From contig OZ176051.1 of NCBI GenBank assembly GCA_964247055.1, forward strand, positions 11,966,001-12,030,000: a stretch of 64,000 nt of DNA. The letters are read 5' to 3'. The translations under genes were made by a program, and so were the position numbers. This DNA is from Paragordius varius. Lineage: Eukaryota > Animalia > Nematomorpha. The notes under the pieces are model-generated. The model made no database searches, was not told where the DNA came from, and saw only the letters and a list, made by a program, of their open reading frames with translations. Below are positions 1 to 13,897 of the stretch, piece after piece. Each line of letters begins with the position of its first letter. Position 1 is the stretch's first letter.

Positions 1-3000
1 ATTAACGATACGAATTTAATCTTTCACGTAATGTCGGCATATAGCGATGTTTTGCAAACGATACCTCCTTATAGGAGCTGTATTCTGGAGTACCCTAAAA
101 CTTCAGATTTTAAAGATGATAAGGTTATTTCCTGTCCTATGTATCATACCTTTTGTTTTTTTAACAATAGTTTGGACCCAACGCTTTACGTAACAATATA
201 GAGTTAACATATTTTATTTTCTTTTGACTGAATTTTCAAATGATCCTTACAATTATTTATTGTTGTTATAAAAAAGTTTGCTATATAATTATTAAATAAA
301 ATTTATAATTTAAAATATTAAGGATTTAATTATCATTTATTTATTTTTTTGGATATGATTTTTAATATTATGGAAAAACTTTAATACTTTTTTATTAATA
401 TACTTGTAAATATTTTTTATTGTAAATTTTATCATTGGTAAATTTATCAAACAAGATAGTTTGATAACCGTACTATATTCCAGTATCCTTTTTTACATTT
501 TATATTAATTATTTCCCCTTAAAGAGTATTGCCTATTACAAATTTGGGATTGATTATAATGGTACCCGATGCTTTTCGAAGCCAATTGCTATATCTCTGG
601 TAACAGAAAATGAAAACGCATACTTTACAATCAGCGACGATCACATAGAAAATTATTTTTTCAAAACAGACTTTCGCAATGTTTTACCTTTAAATGGACA
701 TTGCGCTGTAGAGATCGAACTTGATACAAAAAGGGTATTATTAATTGCAACAAACTTTAAAATTTATAGTTCTAATGTAAAGTTTAAGCATTTTTTATTC
801 TTACGATCATAATCTAAAAAGTAAAACTTGGTCATTTATATATAAAGGCAATGTTTCTCAATTATTCTTATCTCTATGATTATGATTAAGACGTTGATTT
901 ACGGATAATAAATAATATGGGCATCTATATATTATTTGGCCATGATGTAAAACGTTATAGATATATTAATATATATATATATATATATATATATAACCTA
1001 TAGATTTGCATGTTAACTTTAAATTCAACGGATAATGTAACGGACACATATGTCAACGGGCCTCGATTAATTACTATTAAAGCAATGTACAATTTAGATC
1101 CGCACTGTACCTATTTATCACATACAGCAAAAGAAAAAAATATCGATTTAAACTTTACACTTGATCGTATACACTTTGATCCTAAATCCTTAAATTGGAT
1201 GGAAAAATTAGTTATGGAATTGGGTAGACTTGGCTCAGCATTCGATATTAGTCCAAATATTATCCACGCACCAAGTTTAAATTCTCGAGTAAGTTTATAT
1301 TTCATTGATGAAATTGATGTTGACTTTTTTGTCATAGTAATTAGTACGTTAGGTTACCTAATATGTAATATACATATAAAAATACCTAATTTTACTATTC
1401 TAGATCATTCCATTTTGTTTGGTTAATGCAGCAAAACAATCATCACCATTTATTGAATCATATATGCTAAATAATAACTCAGTTAATAGAAGTTATATAT
1501 GTTTAACGATAAGTAAACCAAATTTGCCTTCTTCCGATACACGTATTAACGTTATATTTCCTGATCCTTTGGAGCATTCAAAAACTTGTAATAAATTTTC
1601 CGCGGCGGGAGATAGCACTCTATATATCTATCCTATTACACTTTGTTCATTTACTACAAAAATCAATCCAATGAAAAATGTGTGTAACTTGTGTATCAAA
1701 TATTGTGAACCATCAAACAATTATCTTTTGACCCTTGAACCTATTAATCAATCCCCTACCCTCGTAATAGGTAATAGCTGGACTCCCATATCTAAGGGAC
1801 AAGATAAAAATTTAATCACTAACGAATTGATACTTCTTTTGTCAAATGATAAAAACTTTCAACCTGTTGAAATGTTTAATCATTATTTGCCTCCCGCGTT
1901 TGAAAGAGAAGGTAATATTTCGTAACTCTGTGTTATATTTTTTGAAAAAAAATTGTTTAAAAATTATATTCCTTTAATTATAGATTTTTGAACATATTTG
2001 TGTGTCAATATATTTTATTTTGTGTAATTGGGCTCTAACTTTTTATTAGATACTTTTATTTATCTTATGGATGGGTTTTTGCATTTCATACATTTGTCCT
2101 GTGATAACGATATTGGACTTAATGCTGAGTTATGGTATCCCTACTTCTCTCAAATTCATCTGTGGATTTGTTTGCGCACTAAAAATCCTGCCAGTTTAAA
2201 ATGGATATATGGTACAATATATATTTCCGTAATTCTTGTTAAATATATTTTACAATTATGCCTTAATTTATGATTTGTGTAATTTCTATTTTGTCCATAG
2301 CTGGTTGTTTGAATAGCAATGTGGAAAAACGATCAAAGCGAAGCTATGCAATAATTGAACACGATATGGAAATAATACATTTACAAAGACCCAATCATTA
2401 TGGCATAACTATTGGCAATTATGGTCAAACCATGATAACACAAACGTCTGAAACAGGAAATGCAATTCCACACAATCGATCATATACATTAAATATTTTG
2501 GAATTGGAATTAGTCCTGGGTTCACTCAATTTTGCCACAAAAACCAACGATGTTGTTTCAAACACTGATAAAACTATATTAGTTATTGATCAAATATTAG
2601 TGCTCAAAGGCAAACAGTTACACTTGGCCCTTAATTCTATTTATTATTATGATAAAGATATCTTCATTCCACATGAAGCGCAAACTAATAGCAATGCATT
2701 AAACATGGTTAATCATGATTTCAAATGTTCTCTCAACAATTTTTGCATGTTTAATGGTATATGCCTAGCTAAATTACAGCCCAATATACTCCTACCACAT
2801 ACTAAAAACCAGTGTGATGTTAATTACAACAATAATAATAATGATAATTCCATGAAATTTACTCATGAACACAATAAAAATGGTGGTTTAGATTTCGGTT
2901 ATAATGAATTTGATACAATATGTTTCATACGACCAATGATGAATGGTGATCATGGTCACGTTAAAAGCAGTATTATAAAACACCATAGGCCTTTGGTCAA

Positions 3001-6000
3001 TTTTGATGCCAAAATCAAAGTTTATCAACATGGTAACCGCTTGGATAAAGACACGCCTTCCCCCAAATTTATTTGTTGCAAAAATATGCAATTTGTGATA
3101 GATAGGGATAATTACATTCAATTATCGCTGGAGGACAAATTTTGGTTGACATTCATTAATCACTACATGGCTTTGTACCAAACACCATTCAACCATACCT
3201 CCAAAAACAAAATCAACAATAATCCTAATAATTTATATCATTTCGGTGATTTTATGATATACCCTATTAATGTTGGGATAACCATACATTTTCATTACGG
3301 AAACATTTTTCTATCTTCCACCATAAATTCCCCGTTAAAACTTTCTCCAGTTATTTTAGATGAATGGACCACTTACATGTATTTTACAAGTTTTTTGACG
3401 GTTTGGCCTACCGAACTAGTTAAAAAGTCTATTGCCGTATATCAAAATGACATGCTTAGGAATGCAGGTTTAGTTTTTAGCGTGTTTCGTTTTTGTGTAT
3501 TAATTATTATAATTTTTTTCTCTTAAAACAATCGTTAATTAAATCTAATATTCTTATATTACTAAGATGCTTTCTTGTATCCCCCCATCATATATCAACG
3601 TACAAAACAAAATATTTTTTGGTCTTTAGGTTGCGAATGAGTTTTTTTACTAATACTAAACCGTTTTTTATGTATAGCATGGATTCTTGGTTCCCTTGGT
3701 ATGTTTGGAAGTCCTGCCATTGTGGTCTCATCTTTAAAGGAATGCATTACGTCCATATTTCATACTGACAGTAACATTAATAATAGTAGCTTACAAAAAT
3801 CATTAGTTTCAAAGGATGATATTGATTGTAATGTTTCAAAATTTTCAGCGTCCAAAAAACATGGCGGTATCTACTCCCAAACCATTTACGATGACTTAAA
3901 TCTCAACATTTCACATTTCGATTCCACATCTGGCACTTTAAATCTCCCAAAAAAGATTGTTAAAACCCTGACAACATGTAAGAATGCTTGTTGTTTTGTT
4001 ACGAAGTTTTGATGTTTTATGATAGGGATGTCGAACATAAATGGCTTCGCGGGTCAAAAAACCCCGGCGGACCGCATTCAGAATATATAGGGGCATTTAT
4101 AAATAATTCATTAGTTGTCAAACACAAGACTTTAAAATTCAAACACAATATAACAATTTTTTCTACTCTTGCTAATTGAATAGGCTTATTCACAAAAAAT
4201 TGTTTATGAAATGTCAATTTTATTGAGATTCTCGCGAGCCATACATAAAGTCTCACCCGTTTATAATATATTTTTCTCTTTCCCTTTCTAGCAATATTAT
4301 TGTCCCTGTTTAATTTTTGTAAAAACCTTAATCGCAATCTGGACGCATTAACCTTTGACAGTGTTCACACACAGTATATGAAGGAACGGCGAACTAGTCA
4401 ATGGAAAAATATAAAGTTCCATTCATTATCCAATTGTAGTTCAGAGAGAAATGCATCACCGATTTCCGCAGCTAAACGCAATTTTATGACGGGATTTTCG
4501 GATATGGGTTTTGGTTTTATAGGTAAATAAATACAGTCATTTATCCTTTGTTTTATCAAAAATTTATTTTTTTTCGTTGAATGAGTATAAATATTTGTTA
4601 AAGAATAGAAAAAACAAGACTCTATGGTATTAACAATATCATATTCATCAAAAAAGTATAAAATTACCATAGCGCTCTTGTTTTTTACCCATTCTTTAAC
4701 AAATATTTATACCCATTTAACAAAAAAAATAAATTTTTGATAAAAAAGGATGCATAACTGTATATAAATATTTAAATATCCAATGCAAGTTTTGAGAACC
4801 AATTAGGTATGGGAGTAAAAATTGAAATTATACAGACGATGTGTGAAAACATAAAAAATATTTAATTGAGTTGTGGGTAACGACGAGGGTTTGAAATGTA
4901 AATGATGTGGAAATCGTCGTAAAATAACGGAAAATAAAATATAATTTATTGATTATCAAATTTTCGCTATAGGGGCATCATCATCAGGCGATTAGTTAAG
5001 AAAATAATATATATATATAATATATAAGACAATAAAAATTAAAAAATGAACAAAATCCTGATTGGTATTACTTATTTAGGAAAAATTTACAAAAGAAAAA
5101 AAATCACAAAGAAACCGTTGTGATATAAAATAATCAAATGTGCATTTTAAAATATAATTAATTTTAATGCTATAAACAAAGTAATAATTTAATTAAACAA
5201 TATAAACATAAAGTATTAAAATTTAAGTAATAACACTGTAAATTGGTTTGTGAGTAAAAATGTGATGATTCTTAATAAATGATTTAGTTTCAGGGTTTAT
5301 ATCATTCTTCTCTTCACGACGATTAAGTTAATCATCTTGTGCGCTCTGTATTAAGAGTGCTTCTTTTGTTATCCTTGAGTTGTGCTTTCTTTTTACGGCT
5401 AAAACGTCGATTGTTTTGAGCACTCATGGTTGTTATCCACGCAAAGAAAAATGGCCGAATATTTTGATGGTTCTTAAATCTTACTTTTATATTTCACTTC
5501 GATTGGCCTATGTAAATTGCTGGGCAATTCTTGCATTTAAACTTATATACCGCATTTTCCATTTCTCCCTCCTTAGACCTAACATCTTTAGAAGGTTCGA
5601 TGTCGGTTTATAAACCACTTTTATGTCATCTTTCTTTTTTAAAATTCTCCTGAAACTTTCTCTCTTGCTTTTATTACAGCCATCCCATCTCTCCCACAGC
5701 AGCCTCACAATCAACGGACGAAACTATTCATCCTTCCGGAAAGATCAATCGTATAAAATTTGCTTGCTTACCCTATAGCGCTACATCAGAAAGCTTGGGA
5801 AATTTTAAAAAAAGATGGCATAAAAGTGGTTTTTAGATCGATTCAAACGTTCTAAAGATGTTAAAATCTAAGGAGGTGGAAACGGAGAATACGGTGTATA
5901 ATTGAAATGCAAGAATTGCCTAGCAATTTACATAAGCCTATCGAAGCTAAATATAAAAGTAAAATTTAAGGAGCATCAAAAACGCAAATATTCAGCCATG

Positions 6001-7464
6001 TTCCTGCATTGCGTAGATAACAAGCTCAAATACAATTGACGTTTTAGCCGTAGAAAGAATGTGCAACTCACGGATAACAAAAGAAGCACTCTTTATATAG
6101 AGTTCATAATATTTAATTATTGGCCATGAAGACAAGGAGGATATAAACTTTGAAACTAAATCATTTTTCAAGTGTCATCACATTATTAATCACAAACCAA
6201 ATTACAGTGTGAATATTACTTGAATTTCAATAATTTTATGATATTGTTTAATGTTAAAGTATTGTTTCATTTATATGAAGAGTTCGAGTTGGTCCTTGAA
6301 CATTTCAAGTTAGTCCTTAAAATTTATAAATTTTGAGACAACCATAATTTTTGCATTTATTTTTTTATTTTATTATTTTAACCTAATTTTCTTTATTTAT
6401 TATGTATTTATTCATTTAAAAATAAAAAATTTTATTGAAATACCATTTTTTTGTTTCAAACTATTTTTTTTCAATTGAACAAAATTATTAACTTTTAAAT
6501 GTTTTTAATGAAAAATTTTAATCAGTAACCCAGAAAACTTATATATTTTTTTCGTGTTAAAATCTTATAAATAGCCAAAACTATTTTAAGAAATAAATAA
6601 AGATATACGGTTTCTCAAAGATTAAAAGGTGATATTGATTTAAAATTTATGTTAAATAATAGAAAATAGGTTAAAAACAATAAAATAGATGAATTATTTA
6701 CGATATGATTGATAAAAGTTAAAAAAAAACAAAAAAAAACAACTTGAAGTGTTCAACTACCAACTTGAAGTGTAGGACCAATTTGAATTGTTAAAGGACC
6801 AACTTAAAATGTCCAAGGACCAACTTGAACTCAGGGACTAACTTGAAATGTTCAAGGGCCAACTTGAAGTGTTCAAGGACACTCTTGAAGTGCAAGTGGT
6901 ATATATATATATATATATATATATATTCTCAACTAATATCCTGATGATGCCTATGGCGAAAATTTGAAAATCAATAAATTATATTTTATTTTCGCGTTAT
7001 TTTACGACGATTTCCACATAAAAAATATTTGTTGTTACATCTCTATATCATACTTTGCAGTTGAAAACAATGATTATATTTAACCTAATTACGTTTAAAA
7101 AGGTATACCAGTCTTTTAAAAAATAATATTTACCTTGGTATTTTTACGTTTTGTGTGTATAATTTCAATTTTTACTGTAAATTTTGATAAAGTGTTTTGA
7201 TATCCAAATGAATAGCTGGAATAGCAAGTTTAATTGGAGTTCCACTCCGTGAATGTCAACAAACTATGGAGGATTTGGCCCGCGAAGCACAAACGCAACA
7301 AAATATTGTACCTTATAAAGCAAACCCTAATGCATTAGTCAATGGCTTATATAGTTCACCCCGCATTGCGAAATCTCTCATTATGGGCCTTAGTAAGGGA
7401 ATGGTGGGTGCCCTGTTAAAACCTATCAGCGGAATTACTCAATTTTTGGAATTTTCAACTCAAG
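1..7464 (+). CDS. VPS13B: VPS13B-like lipid transfer protein, C-terminal part (5'-partial, multi-exon)
   Basis: Phase-consistent GT-AG exons at 1004-1336, 1404-1911, 2050-2211, 2301-3467, 3678-3977, 4292-4522 and 7216-7464, with further open exons at about 1-187 and 527-770. The spliced product contains ELVKKSIAVYQNDMLRNAAWILGSLGMFGSP, SLFNFCKNLNRNLDALTFD and IMGLSKGMVGALLKPISG. These match VPS13B C-terminal motifs recalled from human (..AGWVVGSLDILGSP, ..SLARNMDRLSLD, ..GVGKGIMGVFTKPIGG). Confidence 0.8.
4534..4760. mobile_element. Tc1/mariner-type MITE (copy 1)
   Basis: TA|CAGT...ACTG|TA ends with about 85-bp imperfect terminal inverted repeats. A homologous copy lies at 41792-42022. Confidence 0.8.
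4905..7019. mobile_element. Inverted pair of degenerate Penelope-like (GIY-YIG) element 3' ends
   Basis: Arms about 5210-5720 (-) and 5760-6230 (+) are inverted homologues with decayed GVY/YI/KFKEH GIY-YIG-like motifs. An outer inverted repeat (4905-5010 vs 6925-7019) carries a CTGATGATG..CGAAA motif of the kind seen at Penelope ends. Confidence 0.6.
6281..6898. repeat. Foldback-like element with subterminal 21-22 bp repeats (copy 1)
   Basis: Tandem GGACCAACTTGAAGTGTTCAA-like units at 6740-6890 and inverted units at 6281-6320. A homologous element with the core in opposite orientation lies at about 40066-40615. Confidence 0.65.
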
Positions 7465-8105
7465 GTTACTTCCAAAATGTTTTTTATATGATAATATAAT
7501 TTAAATTTTTAATATTTTATCTTTTGGTTTACAAATCGGTTAGTTATCTAGCAGCATTACATATTTTTTCAATCAATCTTTAAAAATTTCAATCAAAAAT
7601 CATGCTAACAGCATCGGACTTTTTTCACTTTCGAATTAAAAGAGCGATTTCGGCAATAAATATGTATCATTTGGAGACTTTTGTCGATACGCTTTTTATT
7701 TCTTAATGATTCGCAATACTGTTTATAAAGTGCCATTTAAATTATTTTTAATGGTGTTAAGGTGTAATTTAATTTTTTTGCGGTCTGAAGAATATAAATC
7801 TGACCTCACTTAACCCATGGATAATTTAATTTAAAAAAACTTTTTTAATCAAAAAAGAATTTTACTGGATTTATTCCAGTCATATATATTAAATTTGCAG
7901 ATGAACTTGCCATCGATTTTATTACTTAGGCAAATGTTTTAAAATTTTAGTTTTATTATGTAAAAAACTATTAAATTTACAAATTTGTTTTTTATTCACA
8001 ATCTATTAAAAAGGAATGAAAGTAAGTTGGACCATATATCTGATACAATGTTCGCTAAAATTTTGAGGTGTTTTTTAATTGATGCTTAAACCCTAACTAA
8101 ATCAA

Positions 8106-8818
8106 ATGGATATTTTGTTATTTTCTCATTTTAGCATATTTTTCATGCACCGTCTTATATTAATGGTTTTAAATTTTTTAGTAAAATTTATATATGTTTT
8201 AAAAGGAATATTGAACATGATTGACACAAATAAACAACATGTTAATACCAGCGAATTGACCGCAGAATCCTTAGTATTTGAAATCAATATGGAAGAGAGC
8301 TTTTATCAATATATGCTTCATGCATGGCACATGCGAAACAAGTTTTTATTTTTTTTTCCGTTATTAGGCCTAAACTTTTTTTCCAATTTTTACACTCACT
8401 CATTTAATTTTTTAGATTAAAAAAGTTTTGGGGAGATCACCTTATTATACCTGTGGGAAAAAATATTTTACCCCTATCACAACTCACATTTGTCCCACCC
8501 AGCTATAATGCTCATGAAGAAAACGCTTATTTTTTAGCTTTTAACATTTTGCGGGATAGCCTGAATGGCCATCACAAAAAATTATATATATTTAAATTCC
8601 CTGAACCAGGAACACTCATGCCATATCGCATATATAACATATTTGAACTATCTCTCATGCGTAAGATATTGCCATTAAAGGATGGGAATTTAGAGTGTCA
8701 TTTTACCTTATCAGCATTTGATGAAAACGAATACAAAAAGGAATGTTCGATAGATAACAATTTGGAAGAGGTAGGAGCTATTCTTACGCTATCAATATTT
8801 TTGATAAATGGCATATAA
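8106..8818 (+). CDS. Probable terminal exons of the VPS13B-like gene (unresolved)
   Basis: Open frames at 8106-8420 and 8453-8818 lie on the same strand downstream of the last confident exon. No recognisable motif, and the splice path through 7465-8450 could not be resolved. Confidence 0.3.
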
Positions 8819-10209
8819 AAGTCATTGAAAAAATTAAGCAATTATATATTAATCATATATCCTTAAATTATTCGTGCACCAATAAATATATTTATATGCT
8901 AAAAGATAAATGTTTTTTTTCAAAACAACCATATTTTTTCAAACTTTGATTTTTCCCAAAAATTTATTACAATTAATTTTATAGAATTTAAATTTTTAGT
9001 TCCCGTTTCACAAACTAAACGATGAGTTTTAATTAAAACATAATTTTTACGTATTTTGTATTATTTTAATTTTAACTTGAATGTCTAAAATTTGATGGAT
9101 TATTTAATTTTATTAGTCAGGTTATATTATAAAATATAAGTCAACGTATAATGATTATATGGCACTTGTTTAGAAATGCCACGAACCAAAATGTAGCCTG
9201 TAATAAGATTATTAAAATTATTTTCACAAAAAGCGGTTCAACTGTTAATTATATCAATAAACTATAATTCAACCTTATAATCTAATTTTTTAATTCAATT
9301 TTAGAATGGAAATATATCGATTCAATCGCTTCTCGCTACATTGGATGAAAAATATTTTAGTGTGAGAAATGAGCTCCATTTTTTTAATTTATCACGAAGG
9401 GAATTTTATGCAATAAAACATTTTTTTGATTCACTCAAATATTTAATTTATACAGAAACACATTATAGCAATATTAGTAATGAATAAATTTTATATCTAT
9501 ATTATTTTAATAAACGATATGAAATTAACAGTATTTGTTGCTCATAAAACCGAAATCCAGGGAATTTTTTTGAAAAACCGACAGTTTACTAATCATACTG
9601 TGTGCCACAAAAATCTGATTTATTTAGGAAGCCTTTTAAACACAATATCAGCCCCTTAAACAAATCAATGTTTATATTTAATTTTTATATTTTTAATTGC
9701 ATTTAATAAAAGTTAAAATAATAAATATTTTATTTTAAGTATTAATTTTATTTTATCAAGTTAAATCAACGGAAAAATTAAGTTGTTAAATGATGACAAT
9801 TTGATAAATTTTGGAATTTATTATTAAAAAGCGCTTCGTTTAAATTTATATACTATCGTGGTGTTTTATTAACCAAAGCGTAACATAAATATTAAAATTT
9901 TTAATTATGTAATTTGTTGTTGCTAACCATAATGGTACTAGAAAATTGGATGTTAAAAAATTATATACCGATGGTAAATTAATTTTTTAATGTTCCATGC
10001 CATTTTCGATATTTTTATCATATTAACAATTGATACCACACCCTTTGTTTTCAATATTTGATTTTCAATTTTGTCGATTATTTATGTTTCTAAAATTCAA
10101 ACGTATGGTAAAAAAATAGTTTTGCGCTATGGCTAATGGTATCAGCAAAATCGAATGTTGTTTTGGTTTTATCCCCAAGTTTTTTGGTGATTTAAATATT
10201 ATCATAAAC

Positions 10210-11396
10210 CAGGGCTTCTTAAACTATGGCTCGCGAACCGATTTAGGGTTACATAGCAAAATTATGGAGTCGCGAGTGATAAAAATCAGGATGCTGTTTA
10301 GGTCTTAGAGCAATGCCCTTAACAGTCGCTTATATCAAATCTCTGTAAGGATAAATGGATTCCAACTACACAACTTTGTAAGAGGGTTGTCAAGAGGTCA
10401 AAGTTTAAAAAGATTATTGTTAGTGAAGATGAGATCGAAACATTTTTAACTGAACGAAAGTGTGAATTTGCTGCTTTTTTTCAATATGACTTGTGGCTAT
10501 CCAAGCTGTGTTATTTGTCAGATAATTTGCAAAGTTAAACAAACTTAAGTTGTCTCTTCAAGGAAAAAATTGCGATATATTTACTTCAAACGATAAAATT
10601 GAATTGATCAGCATTTGGAAAAGTGGGTCGAAAAAAATTTCTATGTTTTCCAGTGTGGACACTTTTGTAATTGAGAAAATTCATGATTGCAAAAACTAAT
10701 GTAGATTACTTAAAAGCGCTAGAAATACAGATTTCCGGGCATATTTTATATTAAATATTGATATACCAAAATAATTTGAATACAAAAGCCGTTTTGGATT
10801 GGTTTAGTGGATGACCTGCCACTTAAAGCTCAAGAGGAATATGAGCTTTCGTGTGACTCAAACTCAAAACTAAAATTCCAAAAAAATTCCTTGACTGAAT
10901 TTCCCACAATTGCCGATATGGCGTTAAATTTACTTCTGCCATTCAACACCACACACTTATGTGAAATAACTTTCTCAGGTTTAACATACATTAAATCCAA
11001 TATTGTTCAAAGAGGTCTTACGTCCAGCAGTTTCAAACATTACCTCAAGATTTTATTTGTTATGCAATAAAACAGGCAAATTCATCTCATTAAATTTTTA
11101 AAGTAAATTTTAATTTAATATTTACCACTTGGATTTATTCGAGAGAATTAAGACGGTCAGAATCCACTTTTGTTTATAATATAATAAAGACTTCCATAAC
11201 ATTTTGTGCAAATTTCAATTTTAGATTTTTTTGTTTCAAAACTTTTAAATCTATATATTTTAATATGCATATGTATATTGTTACTTAATAAATATATCAT
11301 CAAAAAATATTATTCTATTCTTTTATATTGGTTGGGTCGTTAAGAAACTCTCAATCATAAATGGGGTCGGGGATTAGAAAAGTTTAAGAAGCCTTG
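10210..11396 (+). mobile_element. hAT (Buster/Charlie-like) internally deleted DNA transposon
   Basis: TIR CAGGGCTTCTTAAACT / AGTTTAAGAAGCCTTG. The 8-bp TSD is TCATAAAC (10202-10209) / TCATAGAC (11397-11404). Broken transposase fragments include SRGQSLKR, WLSKLCYLSD, LSLQGKN and LLLPFNTTHLCEITFS. Confidence 0.9.
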
Positions 11397-11470
11397 TCAT
11401 AGACCATCTAAAATATTTAGTCTTTTCCAAAATGTACTAAGCCCTATATTAGACATACTATATGTATGCA

Positions 11471-13897
11471 TAAAGTGACCAGATTTTTTGAAGAAAAAAG
11501 CGGGACAAATCTGAGAAAGGTGGACATGGGGGGTCCAACCAAAAATTTTTTTACCAAAAATTTATTGTAATATTTATTTATTTTTAACACAAATACATTA
11601 TAAATATATATAAATATTTTATTTTTTGGTATATTTTTTTATTTGAGGGAATGCGTTTTAGCAGATTGTCATCCTTTTTTAAACTATAAGTCTTCACAAG
11701 TATTGTCAAATTATATTTGACAGATAAAATGGCCTTTAAAGTTTCGACATGTAAATTTGATTTTTCCGATGTCCACACCTTATTTAGTGTGGAAGAAACG
11801 CGCTCAGTAGCAGCGTTGGTTTTAGGTAAAGATAGTGCCCACAATTTTTAAAATATTGTATGGAACATAGTTTGTTTAAAAATGATGAAATATTTCTAAC
11901 AATTTCTTTTCTACTGTAATTTTTTTTGTCTATAATAAGTTTGTCATTATTAATATATTTTTTAACTCTTCAGAAAAAGGATCATTTTCTGAAAGATTAC
12001 TTTTTGGGAATTTTTGGGAGATGGTAATCAAATGATTTTTGAACATCGCACCAATTAAATTCTGGTTTTAATGTTATCTAATTATCATTGGATTGCACCA
12101 TCCCGTCTTCCAAATAATCTTTACATTTTGTATAAAACATTTTTATATGGAGGATATCTTGGTGATTTATTAAGTTTTGTTTTTCTAAATTAATTATAAT
12201 ATTGACGATGGTTGATGGTTTAAAATTATTTTCTAACCTTTCTTGACATTGGAATTTTAGGTTACCAACTTCATTGGCTACTTTAATTGCCAAAATTTTG
12301 TCACCTTCTACCAATTCAATATAGAGAAGCTTGATTATGTAAGAATAACTATATTTTTGAAGAATCACTTTCAAAAAACTTTTTGAAAGTTGTAGGACAT
12401 TTGTCCTGTGATAAAAAATAGGTTTTTAAAGGATCATACATTTTTAAAATTCTTTCAATAGCTGGCAGAAGAGCTAATCAACGAGTTTTACAATATCCAA
12501 GCATTTTTTGATAATAAACTTCTGCATTTTCACAGAATTCCCTTAAGCGTTTCAACGCGTACCGTGTATATATAAAAATAGGAATGTATTTTAACAACTA
12601 CATTTTCCATATCTAGGGATATCAAATCAGCAGCTGTTTGAATAGCGTTGTGTAATATATGTGCATACCCAGCGCTAATAATGTTTTGATTAAGATTATC
12701 TGCTAATTTATGAAAAATATTATTTCCCCTCCTTGCTTTTCCACCGAAGTTCGTATTGGTGTTGTCAGCGCAATGTGCGATGATTTTGTCTTTTAAAATA
12801 TTTTTTCTAGAATATTCATTATTGAAGTAAAAATTATGTCGAAATTTTCAACGAGAGAAATAGAACTAAAATTCAATTTTTACTCCGGTTTCTGGATAAA
12901 AATATCTTATTAAAGTGGGAAATAATTTTTCCATGTGATTCGATGCAGCAGAGTAGAGCTATATGAAATTAATTTTCAGCAAATCTTTTTGTATTTCAGA
13001 AAATGCATGTGGCGAAAGGACATTGCATACAATGGCTTCCGCCTTTGTACGGGCACATGTAAATTTTTTATGGAATAACGTGCGAATAACCTGTGAGGTA
13101 CAATCCATAGATCTAAAGGAATGATTGTGATAAACCGCGTGAAAAGATAAAACGCCTTCGGCTAGTGACAAATTCTTTTCTTCCTATCCAAAAGCGGTTT
13201 TTCGATAAAAATCGCTCATTTTGTAAGATGATGATGCCACATCTAAACAATTTTTATGTTTCTATGTTGTCATATGCTTTGTAATATCATGCTTGTCGCC
13301 ATGTGCTAGGGTGAATTCCCCCTCGCATAAAGAACATTTAATAAATGATTCATTCTTCATTTTTTTAAAGGAAATTCTTTGATTAATTCATTGTTGAATT
13401 AATAACCTCCTTTTGTACTTATATTTTTTTACTAATATTAGTTTAAAAAAATATTACCTTAATTTTCTGGAGTAAAAGTATAAGCTACCGATTTTTGGTA
13501 TTAATTTGTCTTTTTGATAAGATTGGCAGGTAATATAAGTAAAATATTAGTATAAAAATATATTTTACTACCTTAATTTCCTGAAGTTATATATGCTACC
13601 GATTATGAGGTATTAATTAGTCTTTTTGATAATGTTAGTAATAGTAGGAAGCAAAGTGTATAATCACATGATATAAATTTGAAAAAATAATAAAAAATTG
13701 TAATTTAAAATTGATATAGATTATAAAGATAACTAATGATAAAAAATTAAAACGAATTAAAAAAATAAATTTTCAATAAAAAATTTAAATGTATTAAATA
13801 AAATTATTTTTTATATAATCTTGATAAAGCGGGACATTTCAAAAACGTAGCGGGAGGCGGGACAAAGTGTGAAAAAGCGGGACGTCTGGTCACCTTA
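11471..13897 (-). mobile_element. hAT (Blackjack-like) DNA transposon with disrupted transposase
   Basis: TIR TAAAGTGACCAGA / TCTGGTCACCTTA with a perfect 8-bp TSD TGTATGCA (11463-11470, 13898-13905). Minus-strand fragments include a BED-like CxxC..H..H region near 13250-13370, HNHSFRSMDC, and the hATC motif LSLPKTNAATERVSS. Confidence 0.9.

Noticed and set aside
6740-6890. Short direct repeats resembling a CRISPR array
   Set aside because: The units abut with no unique spacers, there are no cas genes, the context is a eukaryotic intron, and inverted units at the other end indicate a transposon.
6941-6975. CTGATGATGCCTATGGCGAAA hammerhead-like motif
   Set aside because: Stems I and III do not form correctly and there is an extra A after GAAA. 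At best it is a decayed Penelope ribozyme.
7465-7790. Apparent frameshifts in the VPS13B 3' region suggesting pseudogenisation or recoding
   Set aside because: The shifts coincide with T homopolymers and an unresolved splice path, so assembly indels or undetected tiny introns are more likely.
9325-9334. ATCGCTTCTC matching the U2 5' end
   Set aside because: Only 10 nt, with no downstream U2 features.
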